DNA from: Clostridia bacterium
GTDB lineage: Bacteria > Bacillota > Clostridia > Christensenellales > CAG-138
Direction: 5' to 3'
Assembly (NCBI GenBank): GCA_017547885.1
Contig: JAFYOP010000001.1
Location: 1,500-65,499 of the forward strand
Length of the DNA: 64,000 bases
Within the stretch, counting starts at the first letter, position 1, and each line of letters opens with the position of its first letter. The notes beneath the pieces were generated by a model. It saw only the letters and a list, made by a program, of their open reading frames with translations, was not told the DNA's origin and made no database searches. Shown here piece after piece: positions 1 to 6,860 of this stretch. The position numbers and the translations under genes are program-made.

Positions 1-807
1 GCCACGGCAGACCTTGACGACGTGAACATGATCGACCCCTTCCATCTGGATGCATACGGGGTAACTACGGTAAACTACAACCGTGACGTTGAGGTTTTCC
101 CTGTGCTCAATGCCATATTCAAGCGCATATACGGAGAATCCCCGTACAAATCCCCTACGGACATGGGCGTGAATATGATAGGCAGCTGCATAACCGACGA
201 CGAGGTGTGCCGTGAGGCCTCACGGCAGGAGATAATCCGCCGCTACTATGCCGCCATGTGTACCGCCCGTCAGGGCATGAGCGACAGCCGCCCCGCGGAA
301 AAAATACATCTTCTGATGAATCAGCTGGATCTGACCTCTGCCAATCGTCCCGTTGTAGGTGCCGCCATGGCAAAGGCAGAAGAGACCGGCCAGCCTGCAG
401 CCGCCATAGAGCTGCCCAACGGCGAAATAGTTACCGGCAAGACCAGCAAGCTTTTGGGAGCATCCTCCGCGGCGCTGCTGAACGCGCTGAAAAAGCTTGG
501 GGGCATACATGACGACATGCACCTTATCTCCCCCATAGTAATAGAGCCCATACAGGACCTGAAGGTAAACCATCTGGGCAATCACAACCCAAGGCTGCAT
601 GTGGACGAGGTATTGATAGCACTGACCATATCCGCCGCCACCAACCCCACCGCCGAGATGGCAATGCGCCAGCTGGACAAGCTGAAGGGCTGTGAGGCCC
701 ACTCCAGCGTTATACTCTCCGGCGTGGATGCCAGCACCTTCCGCAAGCTGGGCCTCAACGTTACCTGTGAGCCCCGCTATCAGACCAAGAAGCTGTATCA
801 TAAATAG
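1..807 (+). CDS. DUF1846/UPF0371 family protein, C-terminal part (5' end lies outside the window)
   Basis: Reading frame is open to the window start (track ORF 22..807, same frame). Motifs PFHLDAYG..NYNRDVEVFPVL..SPTDMGVNM and QEIIRRYY match my recollection of UPF0371 proteins. Confidence 0.75.
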   Translation, partial: ATADLDDVNMIDPFHLDAYGVTTVNYNRDVEVFPVLNAIFKRIYGESPYKSPTDMGVNMIGSCITDDEVCREASRQEIIRRYYAAMCTARQGMSDSRPAEKIHLLMNQLDLTSANRPVVGAAMAKAEETGQPAAAIELPNGEIVTGKTSKLLGASSAALLNALKKLGGIHDDMHLISPIVIEPIQDLKVNHLGNHNPRLHVDEVLIALTISAATNPTAEMAMRQLDKLKGCEAHSSVILSGVDASTFRKLGLNVTCEPRYQTKKLYHK

Positions 808-910
808 CCCGTTTCTTGACAGCCAAATCGGGCCGAGGGTAAAATTAATAGGGCGGCTCTGCGGTTATGCCGCAGGGCCGCTGTTTATTTTTGCAAAGGA
901 GAATCATGGG

Positions 911-1774
911 ATGAAGAATACCGCCAAAGAAATAATGCTGCGCTATGCCGCCATAATAGCGGGCTGCCTTGTTTACGCGGCGGGCATCGCCATATTCCTT
1001 GACCCTAACGGCCTTGCTCCCGGCGGCGTTACCGGTATCGCAATAATGATATCCTACGCCGCAAAGATACCCACAGGTACCCTGGTGCTGATAATCAACA
1101 TACCTCTGCTTATTATCGGCGCATGGAAATTCGGACGTAATTTTCTCATGTATACCGCGGTGTCCACAGTCCTTTCCTCCCTTATGATAAACTGGCTGTC
1201 CGCAATATCCCTGGGAATAACGGACAAGCTCCTTTGCGGCATAGTGGGCGGCGCTCTTATGGCGGTGGGCATGGGCATAGTGTTCAAGTGCGGCGGCACA
1301 ACGGGCGGCTCGGATATACTGATTAAGCTATTGCGCCTCAGGTACCGCCACCTTCGCACGGGCACCCTTTTTGCCATTACGGATACCATAATAGTGGCGG
1401 TGTCCGCGCTGGTGTTTAAAAATATCCAAAACGCCCTCTATGCGGGCATTGCCCTTGCGGTTTCCAGCATGGTGCTGGACCTTGTGCTGTACGGTCCTGA
1501 CGAGGCCAAGTCCGTAATGATAATCAGCGACAGGTCTGAGGACGTGGCAAAGCGCATATTGGAGGAGCTGGACATAGGCGTTACCTACCTGCAGGGCAGG
1601 GGCGCATACACAGGGGCAGAAAAGCAGGTGCTGCTCTGCGCCATGCGCAAGGCCCTTTTTCCCAAGGTGCGTCAGGTGGTGCAGCAGGAGGACCCCGCCG
1701 CCTTTATGATAGTATCCAGCGCCACCGAGATATTCGGCGAGGGATTTAAGGATCACTTTACAGAAGAAATATAA
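911..1774 (+). CDS. YitT family membrane protein (DUF2179-type C-terminal domain)
   Basis: Track ORF 692..1774. Start moved to ATG 911, which is preceded by AAGGAGA. Multi-TM N-terminal region plus a soluble C-terminal domain (GVTYLQGRGAYTG) typical of the YitT family. Confidence 0.8.
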   Translation: MKNTAKEIMLRYAAIIAGCLVYAAGIAIFLDPNGLAPGGVTGIAIMISYAAKIPTGTLVLIINIPLLIIGAWKFGRNFLMYTAVSTVLSSLMINWLSAISLGITDKLLCGIVGGALMAVGMGIVFKCGGTTGGSDILIKLLRLRYRHLRTGTLFAITDTIIVAVSALVFKNIQNALYAGIALAVSSMVLDLVLYGPDEAKSVMIISDRSEDVAKRILEELDIGVTYLQGRGAYTGAEKQVLLCAMRKALFPKVRQVVQQEDPAAFMIVSSATEIFGEGFKDHFTEEI

Positions 1775-1825
1775 TCAGTTTCGAAAAAGTCCTGTTGGAA
1801 CTTTTTCGAGATAACAGCTTTTGCC

Positions 1826-1960
1826 TAAAACGCTAAAGCGTTTCCGGGCGGCAAAATCTGCAAAGTACGAAAACCTGACGGTTTTCATCCGTTTTGCCGT
1901 ACACGCCACCAAAGCCGGAATGAAAATCAAGGGGGTGCGACCCCTTGATAATCCCCGGAG
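1826..1960. repeat. Family B structured intergenic repeat, copy B1
   Basis: Alignable with 21893..22034. It has a closing helix TTCCGGG/CCCCGGA, hairpin GAAAACC-TGAC-GGTTTTC, helix CATCCG..CCGGAATG and hairpin ATCAAGGGG-loop-CCCCTTGAT. Confidence 0.7.
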
Positions 1961-2027
1961 AATAACTTTTTTAGACAGGCTTGTTATATTGTTTACCATA
2001 CAGTGAATTTTTTCAGGAGGTTTACCT

Positions 2028-3386
2028 ATGAACAGCAAAACCGATCTTTGGATAGACAGCCGCAGGGAGGAGATAATCTCTGCCCTTCAGAAGCTCATCA
2101 CCTTCAAAAGCGTAAGCTGCAGAAGCGATGTGCCCGGAGAGCCCTTTGGCCCCGAGTGCAAAAAGGCCCTGACCCATACCCTGAGCCTGTGCAAGGATAT
2201 GGGCTTTGCCCCTGTTGATATGGATGGCTACATCGGCTATGCGGACTATGGCAAGGGGGAGGAGACCCTTGGCATACTCACTCACCTTGACGTTGTTCCC
2301 GAGGGGGACGGCTGGACAAAGGCAGGCCCCTATGAGGGCAGGGTAATAGACGGATGGATGGTGGGCCGCGGCACATTGGACGACAAGGGCCCCGCAATAG
2401 CCTCTGTATACGCCCTTGCCGCCGTAAAGGAAGCGGGCTATGAATTCCGCCGCAACGTGCGCCTTATATTCGGCTGCGACGAGGAGACCGGCATGGGCTG
2501 CCTCACCCATTACATGGAGCATGAGCGCATACCCGACATCGCCTTCTCTCCGGATGCGGAATACCCTCTGGTAAATTCCGAAAAGAACATATACCACGCA
2601 AAGTTTGCCTGTGAATATCCCTCTGCCATAACATTTAAGGCGGGCACCGTGGTAAACGCAGTTCCCGGCTCCGCTGAAGCCTTTGTTCCCTGCGCCATTG
2701 AAACCGTGCAGGCCGCCATAAATGGCAAAGATGGCCTTGAAGCAAAGGCCGCAGAGAACGGCACGGTGATAACCGCCACAGGCAGCGCCGCCCACGCTTC
2801 CACCCCCGAGTGCGGCAAAAACGCCATACAGATGATGATAGCCCTGCTGTGCGAGCTGCCCCTTCCTGAGGCCGATCTCAGTGCCCTCAGCGCCATAAAG
2901 GCCGCCTACGGCATGGAGTACAACGGCGAATCCGTTGGCCTTGACAAGAGCGACGAATCCGGCCGCCTTACCCTCAACCTTGGCCTTATGGACTGGAACG
3001 ACAAGGGCTATGCCCTCAGCATAGACATCCGCGCCCCTATTTCTGTATTGGAAGATGAAATAAGCGAAAAGCTTGCCGCCTCCCTGCCTATGGCAAAGCT
3101 TGAGGACGTATCCTTCAGCCACGGCCACTATGTGCCTGAGGACAGCGAGCTGGTAAGCGGCCTGCTTAAGGTTTACCGTGAGCGCACCGGGGATATGTCC
3201 GCCCCCAAGCGCATCGGCGGCGGCACCTATGCACGCCATTTCGATACCGCCGTCGCCTTCGGCATAGAGCGTGAGTATCGTGAAAACAGGCTGCACATGG
3301 TGGATGAGGCGCTGAACATGGATGATTTTATTGAGGACGTAAAGATAATGGCGGACGCCATAGTTGAGCTGGCCTGCGTAAAGTAG
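2028..3386 (+). CDS. pepV: M20-family dipeptidase (PepV / Sapep type)
   Basis: 452-aa ORF after AGGAGG. M20 hallmarks HLDVVPEGDGW, GRGTLDDKGP and FGCDEETG. Confidence 0.85.
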   Translation: MNSKTDLWIDSRREEIISALQKLITFKSVSCRSDVPGEPFGPECKKALTHTLSLCKDMGFAPVDMDGYIGYADYGKGEETLGILTHLDVVPEGDGWTKAGPYEGRVIDGWMVGRGTLDDKGPAIASVYALAAVKEAGYEFRRNVRLIFGCDEETGMGCLTHYMEHERIPDIAFSPDAEYPLVNSEKNIYHAKFACEYPSAITFKAGTVVNAVPGSAEAFVPCAIETVQAAINGKDGLEAKAAENGTVITATGSAAHASTPECGKNAIQMMIALLCELPLPEADLSALSAIKAAYGMEYNGESVGLDKSDESGRLTLNLGLMDWNDKGYALSIDIRAPISVLEDEISEKLAASLPMAKLEDVSFSHGHYVPEDSELVSGLLKVYRERTGDMSAPKRIGGGTYARHFDTAVAFGIEREYRENRLHMVDEALNMDDFIEDVKIMADAIVELACVK

Positions 3387-3400
3387 CGGAGGAAATCAAG

Positions 3401-3598
3401 GTGAAAGTAAGGCTCAATGAGGACACCGAAGTTGTCCGCATGGTAAAGGAGGGCCTTGAGGCCCGTGGGGGCTACTGCCCCTGTGTGCGTGAGATCAGCG
3501 AGGACACAAAGTGCATGTGCAAGGAGTTCAGGGAGCAGATAGCGGATCCCGACTTTGAGGGCTACTGCCACTGCATGCTGTACTATAAGGAAAAGTAA
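3401..3598 (+). CDS. Small Cys-rich protein, ferredoxin-thioredoxin reductase catalytic-subunit-like
   Basis: 65-aa ORF with a GTG start 7 nt after GGAGG. Cysteine pattern CPC..CMC..CHC resembles FTR catalytic-domain proteins. Confidence 0.65.
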   Translation: MKVRLNEDTEVVRMVKEGLEARGGYCPCVREISEDTKCMCKEFREQIADPDFEGYCHCMLYYKEK

Positions 3599-3610
3599 AC
3601 AATAAAAGTA

Positions 3611-3645
3611 AAAGGGCTGTGGGAAACCACGGCCCTTTGATATTT
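3611..3645 (+). terminator. Intrinsic terminator after the FTR-like gene
   Basis: Stem GGGCTGTGG / CCACGGCCC with a GAAA loop, followed by TTTGATATTT. Confidence 0.7.
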
Positions 3646-3889
3646 ATCTAATCCCACCCACCACAGAACTAAAGTAATAGTGAATAGTGAAGGAGTATTT
3701 ATTATCTATACCCACCCGCCACCCTTTAAATGTATCTTCGCCTAATGGCGAAGACGGGGGAGGACGGATAAAGCTCCATTAACCGCGAATAACTCCATGG
3801 GGTGTAACCTATCCTGCCGATAGCACGTTTCGCTTCTCCCGCAGGGAGAAGCTTCCTTAAAGGGTGGAGGGTGGGTATAGATAATAAAT
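3641..3889. repeat. Family A quasi-palindromic element, copy A1 (extended variant)
   Basis: The order is a solo arm TATTTATCTAATCCCACCCACCACA, then a GTAATAGTGAATAGTGAAGGAGTATT module, then the full element 3697..3889. The element's arms are ATTTATTATCTATACCCACCCGCCACCCTTTAA and TTAAAGGGTGGAGGGTGGGTATAGATAATAAAT. Subterminal hairpins are TCTTCGCC-TAAT-GGCGAAGA and GCTTCTCCC-GCA-GGGAGAAGC. Confidence 0.85.
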
Positions 3890-3975
3890 GGTCTATCGCC
3901 AAAAAGGGAAAAACGGATTGCCACGGCAGTATGCGGACTGCCTCGCAATGACAAAAGCCAACTTGCTCATCTTAC

Positions 3976-4007
3976 ACAAAAAGCCCCATCCTTCATGGGG
4001 CTTTTTG
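3976..4007. terminator. Bidirectional intrinsic terminator (part of the C1 3'-UTR cassette)
   Basis: CAAAAA-AGCCCCAT-CCTTC-ATGGGGCT-TTTTT. An A-run lies upstream and a T-run downstream. A near-identical hairpin occurs at 35650..35679. Confidence 0.75.
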
Positions 4008-4051
4008 GGCAGCACACCTAAGCATGCTTACACTTGAATCAATTTAAAACT

Positions 4052-4122
4052 TTCGCTTTTCTTTCTCTTTTTGCTTCTTTTTCTTCTTTATTTTCGCGTC
4101 CGAAAAGAAAGAGAAAAAGAAG
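4052..4122 (+). repeat. Family C Py-Py-Pu triplex-type module, copy C1
   Basis: TTCGCTTTTCTTTCTCTTTTTGCTTCTTTTTCTTCTTTATTTTCGCGTCCGAAAAGAAAGAGAAAAAGAAG. Same tracts 1 and 3 as 35724..35794 and the reverse complement of 63642..63713. It starts 11 nt beyond the stop of minus-strand gene 4133..4783. Confidence 0.9.
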
Positions 4123-4132
4123 GTATATCAAA

Positions 4133-4783
4133 TCACTTCCTCCTCACCCGCACCCAAAAGCCGCTGCCGTCCCGGGCACGGAGGAAGCGGGTGTAGCCGG
4201 GAGGGCCGCTGCGGCCCTCTGCGGGAAGGGCGTGAATGAGATAATCCACACCCTTGTGGCGGGACTCCCCCTCAAGATAGCAGCGGTCCGTGCCGGGATA
4301 TTCCACCCGCCGCCAGCGGGAAAAGGGAAAAGCCTGAGGGAAGGGATTCAGTACCGCGTCATCCTGAGGCGGCGGGGGAAGGGGCTGGGGCTGTTCTGCG
4401 GGGAAAAGCTCCGCCGCCTTTTGCAGTATTTCAAGGAGAGCGGCGGAATTGGGCCGCTGGGGCTGCTTGGGCTGAGCTTGCGGCGGCTGCTCAGGGTGCC
4501 GGGGAGCAGGAATAGGCTTTTGAGCCGAAAGGCCCATCAGCAACGCCGTCCGTGCCTTGCCAAGGGCAGCGGAGTGCCCCGCAAGGCAGCCCTGCATGGC
4601 TATCCTGTCTCCATCCGGCACAAAGGCGCCCACCACGTCATTAGGGGCGGATTCCCGCGGGTATACCTTGCCCTGCCTGTCAATAAGGTACAGCTCCTTA
4701 CAGGGAACGGACAGCTGTATTTCCTCCCCCAGCGTAAGAAATGCCCTGCCGCCCGGGCCTGAAAGGGTAATGAGTCTTTTCAT
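4133..4783 (-). CDS. Hypothetical protein with a Pro/Gln-rich central linker
   Basis: Track ORF 4133..4918. Start moved to ATG 4783, preceded by AAAAGGAGA. No family recognised with confidence. Confidence 0.5.
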   Translation of the reverse strand: MKRLITLSGPGGRAFLTLGEEIQLSVPCKELYLIDRQGKVYPRESAPNDVVGAFVPDGDRIAMQGCLAGHSAALGKARTALLMGLSAQKPIPAPRHPEQPPQAQPKQPQRPNSAALLEILQKAAELFPAEQPQPLPPPPQDDAVLNPFPQAFPFSRWRRVEYPGTDRCYLEGESRHKGVDYLIHALPAEGRSGPPGYTRFLRARDGSGFWVRVRRK

Positions 4784-4877
4784 GCCCTGTCTCCTTTTAT
4801 GTTTGTGTTGATATAAAACTATGATATAATTTTGCTGTATAGACTTTGACCATTGCGCCAAAGAAAGGAAGAACCCC

Positions 4878-5588
4878 ATGAAAAACAAAAAGACCCTTTC
4901 GGCCCTGCTTACCGCCATAAGCTGCGTGGCATGGCTGGTGATAATAATCGCCCTGATGTTTACTTTCCTTAGGGGGGAGCTGAAAAACGAGAGCCGCTAT
5001 CTGGCCTTTTATGAGGAATACCGCATAGAGGAGCGTACAGGCCTTACCCCCAAGGGCGCCACCGATGCCCTTATGGCGCTGGTGGATTATATGGAAGGGG
5101 ACAGAGACAGCATACAGCTTACTGTTGAAGAATACGGCGTACCTGTTGAGATGTACTCTGAGGATGAGATACACCACATGGTGGATGTGTATTATCTCTA
5201 TCAGGGCTTTGCAAAGTTTCAGCCCGCGGGCATCGCATGCGCCGTGATAATACTGCTCATCGGCTGGTACGCAAAGAAAAACGCACTGCCCAATATACCC
5301 TTGCGGAGCTTTTTCCGGGGGCTGGGGCTGTTTGTGCTTATAGGGGGCGGCCTTGCCCTGTGGGCGATGCTGGATTTCACCTCCTTCTGGACGGCATTCC
5401 ACCTTGCCTTCTTCAGCAACGACCTGTGGCTGATGGACCCCAGAGTATCCCGCATGATACGCATATGCCCGGAGCACCTCTTCAGCGGCATTGCGGGCCG
5501 CATGGCCGCAAAGACCGCCGCAATGCTGGGCGTGATATGCATTGCCCTCATTACTTACAGCAGACATACCCGCAAAAAGGAAGCGTGA
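4878..5588 (+). CDS. TIGR01906/DUF1461 family integral membrane protein (Lit-like)
   Basis: 236-aa ORF after GAAAGGAAG. N-terminal TM segment, a middle domain with the EDEIHHMVDV motif, and C-terminal TM segments, as in TIGR01906 proteins. Confidence 0.7.
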   Translation: MKNKKTLSALLTAISCVAWLVIIIALMFTFLRGELKNESRYLAFYEEYRIEERTGLTPKGATDALMALVDYMEGDRDSIQLTVEEYGVPVEMYSEDEIHHMVDVYYLYQGFAKFQPAGIACAVIILLIGWYAKKNALPNIPLRSFFRGLGLFVLIGGGLALWAMLDFTSFWTAFHLAFFSNDLWLMDPRVSRMIRICPEHLFSGIAGRMAAKTAAMLGVICIALITYSRHTRKKEA

Positions 5589-5593
5589 GAACC

Positions 5594-6664
5594 ATGAGCG
5601 AAATGTATTCAGCATCCGCGGCAAAAGGACTTGCCGCATATCAGCATAATAAGGACGCACTGCTCCTTGCCATAGAAAGCTCCTGTGACGAAACGGCGGC
5701 CTCTGTGCTGCGGGGGGACAGGGAAGTGCTCAGCATGAGCGTATATACCCAGATACCCCTCCATCGTAAGTTCGGCGGGGTGGTGCCGGAGCTTGCCTCA
5801 CGCAGCCACGTGGAAAAGATAGGGGAAGTGGTAAACTATGCCCTTGAGTCCGCAAAGGTCACCATAGACGACATATCCGCCATAGCCGTCACCTGCGGCC
5901 CCGGCCTTGTGGGGGCGCTGCTGGTGGGGGTAAGCTATGCAAAGGGCCTTGCCTTTGCCAAAGGGCTGCCCCTCATCGGCGTAAACCACCTTGCGGGGCA
6001 TATCGCTGCCAACTACCTTACATATCCCGACCTTAAGCCTCCCTTTATGTGCCTTGTGGCCTCCGGCGGGCACAGCCATATTATCAAGGTGGAGGATTAT
6101 CATAAATTCACTCTCCTTGGCCGCACCCGTGACGACGCGGCAGGTGAGGCCTTTGACAAGGTTGCAAGAGCACTGGGTCTGCCATACCCCGGCGGGCCGG
6201 AGCTTGAGAAGCTGGCCCGTGAGGGAGACCCAAACAAATACCCCTTCCACTCCGCGCTGAATCAAAGCATAGAGGAAAGCGACTTCAGCTTTTCCGGCAT
6301 AAAGACAGCGGTGGTAAACCTGCTGCACAATGCAGAGCAAAAGGGCGAAAGCCTGGATCCTGCGGACATTGCCGCGTCCTTCCAGCGGGCGGTGTGCGAT
6401 GCCCTTACAATGAAATCCGTACATGCCGCAAAGGCCCACGGCATGGACACCCTTGCCCTTGCGGGGGGAGTATCCGCCAACAAGGCCCTCCGGGGCGCAC
6501 TTGAGGCAGAGTGCAGGCGTCAGGGGGTGCGGTTCTGCTGTCCGGATTTCCGCTTCTGCACCGACAACGCCGCAATGATAGCCTGCGCCGGCCACTACGG
6601 CCTTATGGCGGGGCAGCTCAGCGGCCTTGAGCTGAATGCCGTGCCGAATCTGGCGCTGTGTTAG
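5594..6664 (+). CDS. tsaD: tRNA N6-adenosine threonylcarbamoyltransferase
   Basis: Track ORF 5237..6664, start set at ATG 5594. Motifs ESSCDETAASV, GVNHLAGH, SGGHSHI and FSFSGIKTAV are classic TsaD/Kae1. Confidence 0.95.
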   Translation: MSEMYSASAAKGLAAYQHNKDALLLAIESSCDETAASVLRGDREVLSMSVYTQIPLHRKFGGVVPELASRSHVEKIGEVVNYALESAKVTIDDISAIAVTCGPGLVGALLVGVSYAKGLAFAKGLPLIGVNHLAGHIAANYLTYPDLKPPFMCLVASGGHSHIIKVEDYHKFTLLGRTRDDAAGEAFDKVARALGLPYPGGPELEKLAREGDPNKYPFHSALNQSIEESDFSFSGIKTAVVNLLHNAEQKGESLDPADIAASFQRAVCDALTMKSVHAAKAHGMDTLALAGGVSANKALRGALEAECRRQGVRFCCPDFRFCTDNAAMIACAGHYGLMAGQLSGLELNAVPNLALC

Positions 6665-6672
6665 GGGGGAGT

Positions 6673-6730
6673 GTTCTTTTCTTTAAAAGAAAAGAACCAA
6701 AAGAAGCGTACTTTCCTTAAAGGAAAGTAC
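6673..6730 (-). repeat. Family D twin Py/Pu hairpin module, copy D1 (Py-Py-Pu sense on the minus strand)
   Basis: GTTCTTTTCTTTAAAAGAAAAGAAC-CAAAAGAAGC-GTACTTTCCTTAAAGGAAAGTAC, 8 nt after the tsaD stop. Same module as the reverse complement of 62243..62314. Confidence 0.9.
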
Positions 6731-6781
6731 CAAAGGATAAATAACATAATTAAAAAAGTTTGCACAGAAGTGCTGTCAATC

Positions 6782-6809
6782 AAAAAAGCCACTCACGAGC
6801 GGCTTTTTT
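6782..6809. terminator. Bidirectional intrinsic terminator between tsaD and the AI-2E transporter gene
   Basis: AAAAAAGCCACTC-ACGA-GCGGCTTTTTT, flanked by an A-run and a T-run. Confidence 0.75.
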
Positions 6810-6817
6810 GCATATAT

Positions 6818-6860
6818 AATACTTATTCACTATTCATTCTTCACTATTACTTATCTATAT
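6818..6860. repeat. Fragment of the family A flank module plus the start of an arm
   Basis: AATACTTATTCACTATTCATTCTTCACTATTAC-TTATCTATA. This is the reverse complement of the GTAATAGTGAA..GTATT module seen beside A1 and A5, joined to TTATCTATA. It overlaps the stop codon of 6855..8000. Confidence 0.6.

Noticed and set aside
1781-1810. Hairpin TCGAAAAAGT-CCTGTTGGA-ACTTTTTCGA after yitT as an intrinsic terminator.
   Set aside because: A perfect 10-bp stem, but AT-rich and not followed by a U-tract on either strand. Not called as a terminator; it may be a processing or stability hairpin.
4034-4762. ORFs that read through the repeats: 4034..4762, 6671..6928, 24593..24802, 35743..36600, 62207..62395, 63407..63748 and 63591..63860.
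   Set aside because: Their N-termini ([12 protein letters not shown].., FFSLKEKNQ.., [12 protein letters not shown]..) are just translations of the Py/Pu repeat modules, and the rest is antisense to real genes. The recurring peptide is a consequence of the DNA repeat, not a gene family.
5237-6664. Long N-terminal extensions offered by the ORF track: 5237..6664, 692..1774, 45673..47493, 26592..27743, 36754..38055, 31883..33373 and 62323..63693.
   Set aside because: The extensions overlap upstream genes or repeats and have atypical composition. They also precede internal ATG/GTG codons that have Shine-Dalgarno sequences and coincide with the conserved family N-termini. Internal starts were used.
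6673-6730. Whether the short palindromic units (families C and D) or the family A/B copies form a CRISPR array.
   Set aside because: There is no regular repeat-spacer periodicity. Copies are dispersed singly over 60 kb, units are internally palindromic Py/Pu hairpins, and no cas genes are present.
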